Of a stretch of 64,000 nucleotides of DNA, positions 1 to 10,200 are shown in pieces. Source of the stretch: Candidatus Latescibacterota bacterium (GTDB lineage Bacteria; Latescibacterota; UBA2968; GCA-2709665); NCBI GenBank assembly GCA_965237675.1, contig OZ250150.1, positions 4,768,001 to 4,832,000 of the forward strand, read 5' to 3'. How positions within the stretch are numbered: the stretch's first letter is position 1; every line of letters begins with the position of its first letter. A program made the translations under genes and the position numbers. Under the pieces are notes generated by a model. The model searched no databases, had not been told where the DNA came from, and saw nothing but the letters and a program-made list of their open reading frames with translations.

Positions 1-210
1 CCGCAGGGGATCACGGCCCAAAATACAAACCGTTCCGACGGTGGGCTTCAGGAGCGTACTGAGGATGCGGAACAGCGTCGTCTTCCCGCCTCCGTTCGGG
101 CCGAGCAGGCCATAGACTTCCCCCTTCTCAATTCGAAGATCAATACCCTCCAGCGCATTCAGATCTCCGTAACGGTGGCACAACCCGGCAACAGCTATGG
201 CAAGCGACAC
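1..210 (-). CDS. ABC transporter ATP-binding protein (5' part; runs off window start)
   Basis: Manual translation from GTG at 210 with AGGAG RBS: MSLAIAVAGLCHRYGDLNALEGIDLRIEKGEVYGLLGPNGGGKTTLFRILSTLLKP; Walker A GPNGGGKTT. Confidence 0.9.
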   Translation of the reverse strand, partial: MSLAIAVAGLCHRYGDLNALEGIDLRIEKGEVYGLLGPNGGGKTTLFRILSTLLKPTVGTVCILGRDPLR

Positions 211-304
211 GGAAACTCCTTGTGGGAAACCGTCATCTTCCGAAAAGAGAAAGGTGATAGGCAGCCCCTATCACCTGGAAATACCTGGTTTGCGCAGACC
301 AGAC

Positions 305-1201
305 TCACAACAGGAATGTATCGAACAAAAGGGCCGCCCAGAGCAGAGGCAGATAGACCAGCGTCGTGCGCAACAGCCGCCTCGCGTTTTGCCTGGAACG
401 GGATCTGGAAAACACAATACCGGAATACAAGAGGCAAATCCCCATCGCCGCGGCCACGGCGACGTAAAGCACACCGCTCAGGCCCACCAGCCCGGGAAGC
501 AGACAAAATGCCATCAGGATTGCACTGTAAATATTGATCTGCCGAGCCGTGCGCCGGCCCTCCGGATCGTTTGTCGAAATCATTTTGAATCCGCCGCGGA
601 CGTAGTCTTCCCGATAGATCCAGGCGATAGAGAAAAAGTGCGGAAACTGCCAGAGAAACAGGATACCGAACAGCAACCACGCGCCGCCGCCGACCTCGCC
701 CTGCGCCGCGGCCCAACCGCCCACCGGCGGCAATGCCCCCGCGATGGCGCCCACCGCGGTGTTGTGCGTCGACTTCCGCTTGAGCGGCGTATACAGGAAA
801 AGATAAATGACCGCCGTCAACCCCGCCAGAAAGCCCGCCAACCAGTTGATCTGCAGCCCCATGTAGAGAATGCCCGTTCCAGACAATAACAGACCGAATA
901 AATAAGCCTCTTTCGGATGCAGGCGGCCGGCAGGCAGGGGCCGTTTCGCGGTCCGCTCCATCCGGGCATCCATTTTCCGCTCAAGGTACTGATTCAGCAC
1001 CGCCGAACCGCTCGCAATCAGCACCGTCGCCAGCACCGTATGCAGGAGTCGAAAGAACTCGAAAACACCGGCCGCGCCCAGAACAAACCCCACCGTCGTG
1101 CTCAAAACGACGAATACGGTGATTCTGGGTTTGGTGAGCGACACGTAGTCCATCACGCGCACCCACGATAGCGCCGCCCCGGCCTCGACCTGTCGTTTCA
1201 T
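305..1201 (-). CDS. ctaB: Heme o synthase (protoheme IX farnesyltransferase)
   Basis: LTKPRI, NQYLERKMDARMERTAKRPLP, YTPLKR, WQFPHF motifs; start placed at MKRQ. Confidence 0.95.
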   Translation of the reverse strand: MKRQVEAGAALSWVRVMDYVSLTKPRITVFVVLSTTVGFVLGAAGVFEFFRLLHTVLATVLIASGSAVLNQYLERKMDARMERTAKRPLPAGRLHPKEAYLFGLLLSGTGILYMGLQINWLAGFLAGLTAVIYLFLYTPLKRKSTHNTAVGAIAGALPPVGGWAAAQGEVGGGAWLLFGILFLWQFPHFFSIAWIYREDYVRGGFKMISTNDPEGRRTARQINIYSAILMAFCLLPGLVGLSGVLYVAVAAAMGICLLYSGIVFSRSRSRQNARRLLRTTLVYLPLLWAALLFDTFLL

Positions 1202-1221
1202 AAGGGGTGAACCTCCAAAAC

Positions 1222-2226
1222 TCACCGTGCCGCGCCCGTCAAACCAATCACGGAATCTCTCGCGGCATGCATCCGCCATGCGCGAAGCGTCAACACCAGA
1301 CTGGTAGCCAGCACCGCCGCACCCACCACGACATGTAACGTCGTAATCGCAACGCCCTTGCGGTTCCAGATCACCAGGGCACCCAACGCAAGCTGAACAA
1401 CCAGCAGCGCCAGCAGCGCCACGGAGGGCCTGGCCAATTCAGTTCGTGTTTTGTGCAAGCGCAGGACGCGGACCGCAGCCCAGACCAGAACGCCCGACAC
1501 AACAACAGCCCAGGCCCGATGGGCAAAATGGATGGCCACACGGGTCCGATAGGTATCGATGGAGATGGGAAACGGGTCCGACGCATCGACTGTCAATTCG
1601 GAAAACGGCGGAATCAGACGGCCGAAGGAAAGCGGAAAATCCGGAATGGCCAGCCCGGACCGGGTGTGCCGCATGAGCGCGCCGAGTATCAATTGAAGGT
1701 AGACCACAGCCGTACCGGCCGCAGCCAGCCACTTCAGCGGTACGCCCCCGGTCTCCCGCAGCGGCCCGTCGGCCGTCCGCCAGCCCGCTGACGTAAACAG
1801 CGCGATGCCAACGGTCAGACAGAAAAAGGCTTGCGCCAGACAGGCGTGGCTTACGGAAATCCACGTGGGCAGGAGATACAGCACCGTCAACCCGCCCAGC
1901 AGGCCCTGCACCACTATGGCGGCCAGGGCCGCCGCCCCCAGGCCCCGCAACCAGCGCCGCTCCTCCCGCCGCCACAACCAGATGGCGAGAACCGTGGTCA
2001 GGATCCCCACGAAGGTCGCCACAATCCGGTGTCCGTGTTCGTAGAAGATTCCGCCGACCATGGGCGGGAAAAACATACCGTACGAAAGCGGCCAGTCCGG
2101 GACCGCCAGCCCCGAACCCGTACTGCTGACCATCGCGCCGGCAAAAACTAAAAAAAGGGTCGCGCCGGCCGTGAACACAGAAAACCGGTGCAGCCAGCGA
2201 TACCCCCGTGACATTGCGATATCCAT
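1222..2226 (-). CDS. ctaA: Heme A synthase (COX15/CtaA family)
   Basis: GLAVPDWP, EHGHR, QGLLGGLTV, HFAHR and TLH histidine motifs; multi-TM; next to ctaB. Confidence 0.9.
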   Translation of the reverse strand: MDIAMSRGYRWLHRFSVFTAGATLFLVFAGAMVSSTGSGLAVPDWPLSYGMFFPPMVGGIFYEHGHRIVATFVGILTTVLAIWLWRREERRWLRGLGAAALAAIVVQGLLGGLTVLYLLPTWISVSHACLAQAFFCLTVGIALFTSAGWRTADGPLRETGGVPLKWLAAAGTAVVYLQLILGALMRHTRSGLAIPDFPLSFGRLIPPFSELTVDASDPFPISIDTYRTRVAIHFAHRAWAVVVSGVLVWAAVRVLRLHKTRTELARPSVALLALLVVQLALGALVIWNRKGVAITTLHVVVGAAVLATSLVLTLRAWRMHAARDSVIGLTGAAR

Positions 2227-2242
2227 CTCCGGCCACCCCCGC

Positions 2243-2539
2243 CTATTCCGCGTCGGCGGCAAGCCATTTGCCGTTCATGCCCAAGAATCCGGGTTTTCGC
2301 CCGGATTGAATTTGCACACCTGCGTTATGGTGGCGGCGTGCTCTGCGCATCCAGAACAACGTCACACCCACAATTCCTCCCAGTACCGACACAATGATGC
2401 CCATCAGCACCAGTACTCCCGCCACCGCGCCCTTTGCCATATCCGAATCCGGATTCCCGTAACACACTGCACAGGCCCGCGCCATCTCGGGTAGCATCAC
2501 CGAGGCAGCGACGGTCGTCGCAACACAGATCCGCCTCAC
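2243..2539 (-). CDS. Small membrane protein with signal-like N-terminus and CAVC motif (oxidase-associated hypothetical)
   Basis: GTG start overlapping upstream TGA with GGAG RBS; ARA-CAVCYG followed by one TM helix. Confidence 0.7.
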   Translation of the reverse strand: MRRICVATTVAASVMLPEMARACAVCYGNPDSDMAKGAVAGVLVLMGIIVSVLGGIVGVTLFWMRRARRHHNAGVQIQSGRKPGFLGMNGKWLAADAE

Positions 2540-2742
2540 AGATAGCTCCACCCTTTAAGCTTTTTCAAGAACCATACGCCGTACCAAACCAGCACGCCAC
2601 ATCCCGCAATGGCGCCGATACCCAGTCCAAGATTTGTTCCATTACCCGAAACGGCATAGTCCCGGATCGCCCAGATGCCAAAACCCATACAGCAGAGAAT
2701 GGACGCAATCACAAAGACCACGTGGAATGCTTTCAGAGACAT
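2536..2742 (-). CDS. Small 2-TM hypothetical protein in cox operon
   Basis: 68 aa MSLKAFHVVF..., two hydrophobic helices, GGAG RBS, operonic position. Confidence 0.75.
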   Translation of the reverse strand: MSLKAFHVVFVIASILCCMGFGIWAIRDYAVSGNGTNLGLGIGAIAGCGVLVWYGVWFLKKLKGWSYL

Positions 2743-2755
2743 CGCGTTCTCCGTT

Positions 2756-3073
2756 TCAGGACTGGCTCAGACCTTTACCGACGCCCGAGAATTCCGTAAT
2801 AGTCGGCAGTAGCATCAGAACGGCGAAAAAGACAACCGTAAGCGCAAGCACCCAGTAGACGATCTGTTTTTCGGACACCAGATGCATAAAATATCCGGCC
2901 ACCAGCCCGCCTTTGATACTCGCAATGAACAGTGCAATCATAACGGTAGCTGCTACCGATTCGATTTGGAGATATGAAACCCCAACCGTGGCCAACGTCA
3001 GCACGGCCAGCGCGGCAAACACCAGAACGTAAACCCGAACATGCTTCCTGATCTCTTCAGCGCTTTCAGCCAT
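2756..3073 (-). CDS. Cytochrome c oxidase subunit IV family protein
   Basis: Y..VF..L.VLT..TV and IASIKGGLVAGYFMHL motifs; follows subunit III. Confidence 0.9.
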   Translation of the reverse strand: MAESAEEIRKHVRVYVLVFAALAVLTLATVGVSYLQIESVAATVMIALFIASIKGGLVAGYFMHLVSEKQIVYWVLALTVVFFAVLMLLPTITEFSGVGKGLSQS

Positions 3074-3083
3074 ACCAGGCTCC

Positions 3084-3683
3084 TTACAGCAGATAAAGAA
3101 TCGGGAACAAGAAGATCCAGACCAGATCCACAAAGTGCCAGTAGAGACCGGCGCACTCGATCCGGTTGGCAAACTGCTCCGGCGCCGTATGCCATAGCTT
3201 GCTGCCCGGGAACAGCAGGTAGAGATTCACAACGATTCCACCGATCACGTGCAGTCCATGAAGGCCGGTCATTGTAAAATACGTGGCGTAAAACATGTTG
3301 GTGGACGGATAGATGCCAAGATGAAATTTGTGGGTATATTCGAAGTATTTCACAACCAGGAACACAAACGCCAGCAACACCGTCAGGCCAAGGTATAACT
3401 TGAACGTGCCAAAATTGTCCATTTTCAAGGATGCCCAGGACATCACCATGGTCACACTCGAGGCGATCAGCACAAACGTATTCAGCGTGGCCAGCGGCAC
3501 ATTCAACAACTCCCAACCATGCGGCCACGTCGGCGCGCCCACCCTGAGCAGGACCAGCGTTGAAAACAACGCGCCAAACAGCATCACCTCGGACGCCAGG
3601 AACAACCAGATCCCGAACTTCCCGTTATACACCCCCGTTATCGGATGCGGCTCCACCGTGTGGGGAATCTCTTCAACGGACAC
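3084..3683 (-). CDS. ctaE: Cytochrome c oxidase subunit III
   Basis: WLFLASEVMLF, TGLHGLHV, GLYWHFVDLVW; GTG start with AGGAG RBS. Confidence 0.95.
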   Translation of the reverse strand: MSVEEIPHTVEPHPITGVYNGKFGIWLFLASEVMLFGALFSTLVLLRVGAPTWPHGWELLNVPLATLNTFVLIASSVTMVMSWASLKMDNFGTFKLYLGLTVLLAFVFLVVKYFEYTHKFHLGIYPSTNMFYATYFTMTGLHGLHVIGGIVVNLYLLFPGSKLWHTAPEQFANRIECAGLYWHFVDLVWIFLFPILYLL

Positions 3684-3737
3684 CGTTAATCTCCTTTGCA
3701 TTTTCGCGGACTGACGCCTCGCTCGCAGCCGACGGGG

Positions 3738-5528
3738 TTAATCGTCGTCGGCGGGCGTGGGCGCTGGCTCGGGTTGGGCCACCTGCCCGTTTTCAGCCAC
3801 GTATTGTGGCGTAAAATCACTCGAGGCCCCAGGCACGCTATATTCGTACGGCCCGCGGTAGACCCGCGGCGTGGCCAGGAAATTCCCGTGCGGAGGCGGC
3901 GTGGGCGTGGCCCACTCCAAGGTGGTGGCCTGCCACGGATTGTCCGACTCGACCTTCCGGCCCTTCCTTATACTCATAAAGAAATTGACGATGAAGAATA
4001 TCTGCGCCAGCCCAAGCAGCCATGCAGACCAGGAGCTCATTGTCGTCAGGCCCTGCACCTGCGCCCCATAGGCGTACTGTGTCTGGTCGTAAAGTCTCCT
4101 GGAAACCCCGGCCATCCCCACGAACAACATCGGCATGAAGACGCCGTTTATAAAGATCAGGCTGGACCAGAAATGCAGTTTGCCCAATACCTCGTTCAAC
4201 ATACGGCCGGTCACCTTGGGAAACCAATGATAGACCCCGGCGAACAGCGCGAATATCGTGCCCGGCGCCACCACATAGTGGAAATGGCCGATCACGTAGT
4301 ACGTGTCGTGCAGATGCAGATCCGAGGCCGTGAGGCCCAGCGGCAGACCGGTCAACCCCCCAATGGCGAACATGGGAATGAATGCCAGGCAGAACAGCAT
4401 GGGCACCGAAAACCGGATGGACGCGCCGTGCAGGCTCAACGCGTACGCCGTCAGGATAATCACCGACGGAATGGAGATGATCATGGTCGTGGCCTGAAAG
4501 AAGGTACTGATTGTGGTTCCCATCCCCGTCATGAACATATGATGCGCCCAGACGGTAAACGACAGGAACCCCAGAGAGATAATCGAGTAGACGAGCGTGC
4601 GATACCCCCACAGTGGCCGACGCGTATTGTTGGCCACAATCTCCCCGACGATGCCCATCGCCGGCAGAATCAGTACGTAGACTTCCGGATGCGCAAGAAA
4701 CCAGAACAGGTGCTGCCACAAGAGCGGACTGCCACCGCCGCTCACCTCCAGCGCCTGTCCTGTTACCACCAGGCCGCTCGGCATGAAGAAGCTGGTACCC
4801 GCGATCCGGTCCATGAGTTGCAGCACGCCGGCGGCCTCGAGCGGCGGGAACGCCAGCAGCAGCAGAAACGCCGTCACGAACTGCGCCCAGACAAAAAACG
4901 GCAGCCGGAAAAACGACATCCCCTCGGCCCGCATCTGCACCGTCGTCACGATAAAATTCACCGAACCCAGAAGAGACGACGTGATCAGGGCCACCATGCC
5001 CCACAGCCACCAGGTCTGCCCCGTCGGGGCGATATTCGCCAGCGGAGGATAGGACGTCCAGCCGGACTGAGCCGCTCCCTCGGGAACGAAAAAGCTGGCC
5101 AGCATAATGACACCGCCCACGAAAAACACCCAGTAGCTCGCCATATTGAGCTTGGGAAACGCCATATCCGGCGCGCCGATCTGAAGCGGCAGCACGTAGT
5201 TCCCAAATCCACCCACAGCCAGTGGAACCACGCCCAGGAACACCATGATCGTTCCATGCATCGCCCCCAGCTGGTTGTAGAACTCCGGCACCATCACGCC
5301 TTCCGGCATGTTCACCTCGCTGAACAACTTGCCGATCCAGGGTATCGGTTGTCCGGGATAGGCCAACTGCCACCGCATCATCATCATCAGGCAGAAGCCG
5401 AAAAACAGGAAAAGCAGGGCGGAGACAGCGTATTGAATCCCGATGACCTTGTGATCGACGGAAAAAATGTACTTGCGCCAGTACGTCAACTCATGGTGTT
5501 CGTGATCACCGTGCGCTTGCTCAGCCAT
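3738..5528 (-). CDS. ctaD: Cytochrome c oxidase subunit I (A-family heme-copper oxidase)
   Basis: DHKVIG, HGTIM, GWTSYPPL, HPEVY, WAHHM, HDTY..HFHY, RR motifs. Confidence 0.97.
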   Translation of the reverse strand: MAEQAHGDHEHHELTYWRKYIFSVDHKVIGIQYAVSALLFLFFGFCLMMMMRWQLAYPGQPIPWIGKLFSEVNMPEGVMVPEFYNQLGAMHGTIMVFLGVVPLAVGGFGNYVLPLQIGAPDMAFPKLNMASYWVFFVGGVIMLASFFVPEGAAQSGWTSYPPLANIAPTGQTWWLWGMVALITSSLLGSVNFIVTTVQMRAEGMSFFRLPFFVWAQFVTAFLLLLAFPPLEAAGVLQLMDRIAGTSFFMPSGLVVTGQALEVSGGGSPLLWQHLFWFLAHPEVYVLILPAMGIVGEIVANNTRRPLWGYRTLVYSIISLGFLSFTVWAHHMFMTGMGTTISTFFQATTMIISIPSVIILTAYALSLHGASIRFSVPMLFCLAFIPMFAIGGLTGLPLGLTASDLHLHDTYYVIGHFHYVVAPGTIFALFAGVYHWFPKVTGRMLNEVLGKLHFWSSLIFINGVFMPMLFVGMAGVSRRLYDQTQYAYGAQVQGLTTMSSWSAWLLGLAQIFFIVNFFMSIRKGRKVESDNPWQATTLEWATPTPPPHGNFLATPRVYRGPYEYSVPGASSDFTPQYVAENGQVAQPEPAPTPADDD

Positions 5529-5540
5529 GGAAAAGGCTCC

Positions 5541-6311
5541 TTAAAAGGAAAACTCGTCTTCTTCATCCGCGGCACCTGACTGTTCGTCGAACCAGGCCTG
5601 GAACGCCGCTTCCGACTCGACCGTCAGCTGTCCGCGCATGCGATAGTGCCCCAGACCGCACAATTGAGCACACGCGATGTCAAATGTACCGGCCCGGGTT
5701 GCCTCGAACCAGATCTTGATGTCCTGTCCTGGAATTGCATCCTGAGTCATCCGCATCACGGGGATCTTGAAGCTGTGAATGACATCCTTCGACGAGAGGT
5801 GCGCAATGACGGGCTTGTCCTTCACAATATGCAGATTGTTGATGGCATTGAAATCGTCGTTGCCGTTCGGATCGTCGGGATCCAGCCCAAGCAGATTATC
5901 GGCGCTCACGAATTGCGGCGCCGTCCGTCCGAATATTCCGTCTTTCCCCGAATAGTGGATGTTCCATGCAAACTGCTCGGGCACCACCCGCACCACCAGC
6001 GCGTCGGATTCGTCGGGAAACGCATGTTTGAAGTCCGCCCAGAGCGGCATGGAGAGTCCGACAAGCAGCACGGCCTCGACGACGATCACGCCGTACTCCA
6101 CGTATTTGGCCAGTTTTCCCTTCACGGGATCGTAAGTCGCCGAAGGGTTTGCCCTTCTTCGGTACCGGAGAAGGCAGTAGACGAAAAAGACCCCCCAACC
6201 CAGAAACAGCGCCAACATAAAGACATGCAGCCAATTGATCAGCCAATCCACGGTTGCGCCGTGTGTTGAGATATCGATTGGCAGCCAGTAACCGTACACC
6301 TTTTCTTGCAT
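5541..6311 (-). CDS. ctaC: Cytochrome c oxidase subunit II (CuA, no fused cytochrome c)
   Basis: QFAW..HY, DVIHSF, DAIPG, CAQLCGLGHYRM CuA motif. Confidence 0.95.
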   Translation of the reverse strand: MQEKVYGYWLPIDISTHGATVDWLINWLHVFMLALFLGWGVFFVYCLLRYRRRANPSATYDPVKGKLAKYVEYGVIVVEAVLLVGLSMPLWADFKHAFPDESDALVVRVVPEQFAWNIHYSGKDGIFGRTAPQFVSADNLLGLDPDDPNGNDDFNAINNLHIVKDKPVIAHLSSKDVIHSFKIPVMRMTQDAIPGQDIKIWFEATRAGTFDIACAQLCGLGHYRMRGQLTVESEAAFQAWFDEQSGAADEEDEFSF

Positions 6312-6383
6312 TCGGGACCCCTCCCGTATTGTCGCGGGGCGGACCCTATCATCCGCCCGCGTTGCCAGTCCGAGGACGTGTGC

Positions 6384-7133
6384 CTATTTTTTCGGCTTTC
6401 TCGGCTTTATTTTGAACATAAATTCCAGGGATTTGGACTCGCCATCGGCAACCGTAATCTCCTCCGTCATCGTGCCCAGCCGCTGGCTTTCGTGCCATGC
6501 CTCGATGGTATAGGCGCCCGCCGGCAACCCCGCGATCTCGAATTTTCCGCCCTCTCCGCTAACGGCGAAGAAAGGATGTTCCATCACGCCGATATAGGAT
6601 TTCATCCAGGGATGCACATCGCACTTGACCGGTACCATCACCTCGGGGTTTGCGAACGAAATCGTGGTCTTCTTCAAAAATTTCGGCATCGCTCTATTGA
6701 CTTCGGCGGAGTTCTGCGGCTTCGGATGGATGTTGTGGAGGGTCCCGTCGCTGTTCAAAACCGTAATCGACTGCCCTGCCATAACGCCCAGGACGTGGGG
6801 TCTGTATATACAGCCCTGCTGATCCACAACGGCGGCCTCGACCGGCGTCTCGAACGTTTTGCCCTCCAACCCCTTCTTGACGTAGACAAATACATTGTGC
6901 AAACCTCCATCGTCCTCCACCACCACGACCTCGCTCAATGCCGAGCCGCCGGTGTGTTTTCCTGCGCAAACCGGGTCGGCCGCCATCTGGATTTTCTTGC
7001 GGCCCGGTTTCTTGCCGCCGGGGAATTCCAGTTTGATGGTTCCGGAAACCGTCGCGCCCGCCACCGCGTCGCCGATCGCAAAACAGCCGAAACCCAGCGC
7101 AATGATCGTTGCAATAAACCCGCGTCGTTCCAT
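6384..7133 (-). CDS. Exported cupredoxin-like / carboxypeptidase-regulatory-like domain protein
   Basis: Signal peptide MERRGF..AVA; NSD..LHNIH and CDVHPWM (His/Cys/His/Met copper-type ligand set); GLPAGAYTIEAWHE. Confidence 0.8.
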   Translation of the reverse strand: MERRGFIATIIALGFGCFAIGDAVAGATVSGTIKLEFPGGKKPGRKKIQMAADPVCAGKHTGGSALSEVVVVEDDGGLHNVFVYVKKGLEGKTFETPVEAAVVDQQGCIYRPHVLGVMAGQSITVLNSDGTLHNIHPKPQNSAEVNRAMPKFLKKTTISFANPEVMVPVKCDVHPWMKSYIGVMEHPFFAVSGEGGKFEIAGLPAGAYTIEAWHESQRLGTMTEEITVADGESKSLEFMFKIKPRKPKK

Positions 7134-7247
7134 TGTAGTGTCCCCTCTCTTCCATTTACGGTTGCACCTGGCCGGTCGGACATTCGTGTTACACGCCGGC
7201 TGGCATTCCCTCTCTAATTTCAATGCTGAAGACACCCGAAATTCCAA

Positions 7248-10200
7248 CTATCGCCGGGTCAACCGGACATCCTGGTGCAAGCCGTAGACGATGTAGTCGG
7301 TGAGCGCCCGAATGACCACGTCGGTTGGCAACTCGAGCAGGCCATCCTCCGGCTTGACCCCCTCCGGCAGCTTCAGATAGGCGGCCATTTCCACCGGAAG
7401 ATAGGTCATTTCGTCACCGAAGAACGTGGGCATCTTGGTGCCCGGCTGAATCTTCTGCGGATCCCACAACCAGTCTCTGATCCACGCAGGTTTCAGCCGC
7501 TCCCGGGCCAATTTCAGGTCGGGCGCCCAGCTTGCCGGATCGCCCTTGGGCTTGATATCGCCCTGCTGGTGGCAGGTGAAGCAGTTGTAAATGTCCTCGC
7601 TGAACAGCTTCTTCGCGCCACTCATCTCCTTTGAAATCAAACGCTTATCCACAAACGTCGCGTAGGGAAACTGCTCCTTGTCCAGACGGGAAAAATAGGT
7701 GACCAGATCGTTGGCCTGCTGGTCTTCGAAGCCGAATGTGGGCATCCGCACTTCAAGCCACGGACGGATGGGCTCCACGTTTCTAAGGAAAGTGAAGAAC
7801 CAGTCCGGCTGAACTTTTCTGCCCTCGCCATTCAGGACCGGCGGCACGAAACCCGCCGCGTCGGAGGCCGAAACATCCTCGGCCTCGTAGGCCTTCACGA
7901 GCGGATCCCGGATCGCCCCGCCCAGATTCTCGACGACGTGGCACCCTTGACAATTCCTCTCGTAGACCAGCCAGCGGCCCTTCTCGATATCGACTTCCTC
8001 GGGGGCCAGGCGTTTGACCGCGTTGGTGCCCACCTGGGTCCTGTTCATGCTCAGTAGCGCCGTCGTCACCGCGTGCGCATCCTGATCGCTCAGATCGAAC
8101 TGGGGCATCCGCAACTTGTCGTCGAACAGCCTCACCTTGCCCTTATCGAAGACGCGGGGTTGTTTCAGCTTCTTGTAGAACCAGTCATGACGCGTATGCG
8201 GAATGGCGTCGGGATCGGTGTTGTGGAAACCCGTTTCCCTGGCCAATAGACCGAAATCCAGCTTGTCCACGTCCTTGCTGCCTTCCTCGGTCAGTTCGGT
8301 GCCGATGGGCTGGGTATCCTCGAATCCGGGTATCAGGTGGCATCCGAAGCAGCCCTGCCGGGAGATAATCTTCTCGCCGAGCCAGATGTCCCTTTCATGA
8401 CTCGACATCTGAGCCAGTTGGGCCTTCGCGGTCTTCACGGGCAGCCTGCTTTGCAGATAATTCAGCACCAGATCGTCACGCACCTGCGGGTCCACCGCCC
8501 CCAACTGTCGGGCTTCAAACGCCGTATTCCGAAGGGTGAGCAGATAGGCCGTGATATCGGCCGCCTCCCGGTCGGTCAGCCGCAAATTCGGCATCCGGGT
8601 ATCCGGGAAATAGCCCGAGGGATCCTTCAGCCAGGCGAACAGCCAGCCAGCCGAGACCTTGCTGCCCACCTCGTTCAGGTCCGGTCCGAAATTCCGCAGC
8701 CCGAATCCCTGGCTCAACCGATCGTCCGCGCCTACCACGTGGCATGCCTTGCAACCCACCATTTCGACGAGACGCTCGCCCCGGCCGGCGTCGCCCGGCA
8801 CCGGAGGCGGGGGGTATACGGGTCGCTCGGACTTCTCGAACAGATACGTCACAATAGCGTTGACCGCGGCCGTATTGCGCTCGATATCCTCCCGTCCGCT
8901 CACGTTGGACAGATCGAAAATCTTGGGCATCTTGGTGGTCGGACGGAAGCCCTTGGGGTCGCGCACCCACTTCAGGGCCCACTCGCGATCCAGCTTGCCG
9001 GCCGCCTTCCGCAGATCCGGACCGACCTTGCGCAGATCCTGCAGCGTATGCCTGGAGATTTTGTGGCAGCCGTGGCAACCCAGCGTGCGCACGAGATGGA
9101 TACCTCGATTCAGGTTGTCCGCCTGCGGTACGTCCACGACGCCTGTGTGGCATTGCGCGCACGTCGATTCCACGTAGCGGCTGGGTAGCATGGGGTGGTC
9201 CCAGTATTTCATCTTCTTCCAGCCGTACAGCTTTTTCCACCTGGCCGCCTCGGCGTCGTCGCTGGGGGTATGGGCCGTATTCTTGAACGTCACCCCCCGG
9301 TCTCGACCCAGATGACAGGTCGTACACCCCGACTCATCGATCGGATGAGGCGAACCGCTGCTCAGGAAAAGGTCCAGCCTCGGATGGGTGGAAAACGCCC
9401 TGGTGCGTCCGAGCCGGACATCTTCGTCCGAGTAGACCGTTTCCATATAAGCCCGGAGTGCCTCATCCTCGAACCAGCCGGTTTCCGGATGGAGTTCGTA
9501 ACCGGGACGATTGATGTTCAGATGGCACGTGGTACATCGATCCACCCGGGGCACCCGGGTGAAGTTGAGTTCGTTTCTGAGTTCAGCCAGCACGACCTGC
9601 CTGACCTTTATGGACGGATCGATAAAGTCAACCATGGGCAGGTTTCGGAACACATTGGGGAAGCTCGGTACAAGTCCGGTCAGCTTCCGCCGCAGGTTCT
9701 CTTCGTCCCTGCGCAACGCGCGCCGCCTGGACTCAAGCGCCTGCCTCTGTCCCGCCACGGCGTCAATGATCTTCTGCTGCGCCGCCTGTTTTTCCTCCAC
9801 CGCCTCCCTGGCCAGCCGGAGCTCGTAGATCCGGATCTCCATGGCGTCCATATCGGCCTTTTTCTTAGCCGCCGTTTCGCCATGTCCGGCCTTCGCCGCG
9901 GCTTCATACTCAAACTTCACCACGTCGTACTGCGCTTTTTCGAATTTGAGCCTCTGATCGACGCCGTACCATTCCGCCTGCGTGAGCCGTTTCAGCTCGG
10001 CCTCCGCCGCGTCGTATCGCTGCTGATGCCCCTTAATCGCTGCCTCAATTCCCGTGAGTTCGTCTTCAATCGCGTTCAGGGCGTCCTGGTCAATGTTCTC
10101 CTGGGCCGATCTGATTTCCGCTTCCGTCTTGTAGGCCTCAAGAGCCATCGCTTCTTTTTGAAAGCCCTTCCACTCCCGGTCGTAGTCGTCCCAGACCATC

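Noticed and set aside
3696-5579. 627-aa plus-strand ORF and many other long antisense ORFs (e.g. 9195-10664, 19679-21160, 27348-28745)
   Set aside because: Shadow frames of well-supported genes in GC-rich DNA; no motifs.
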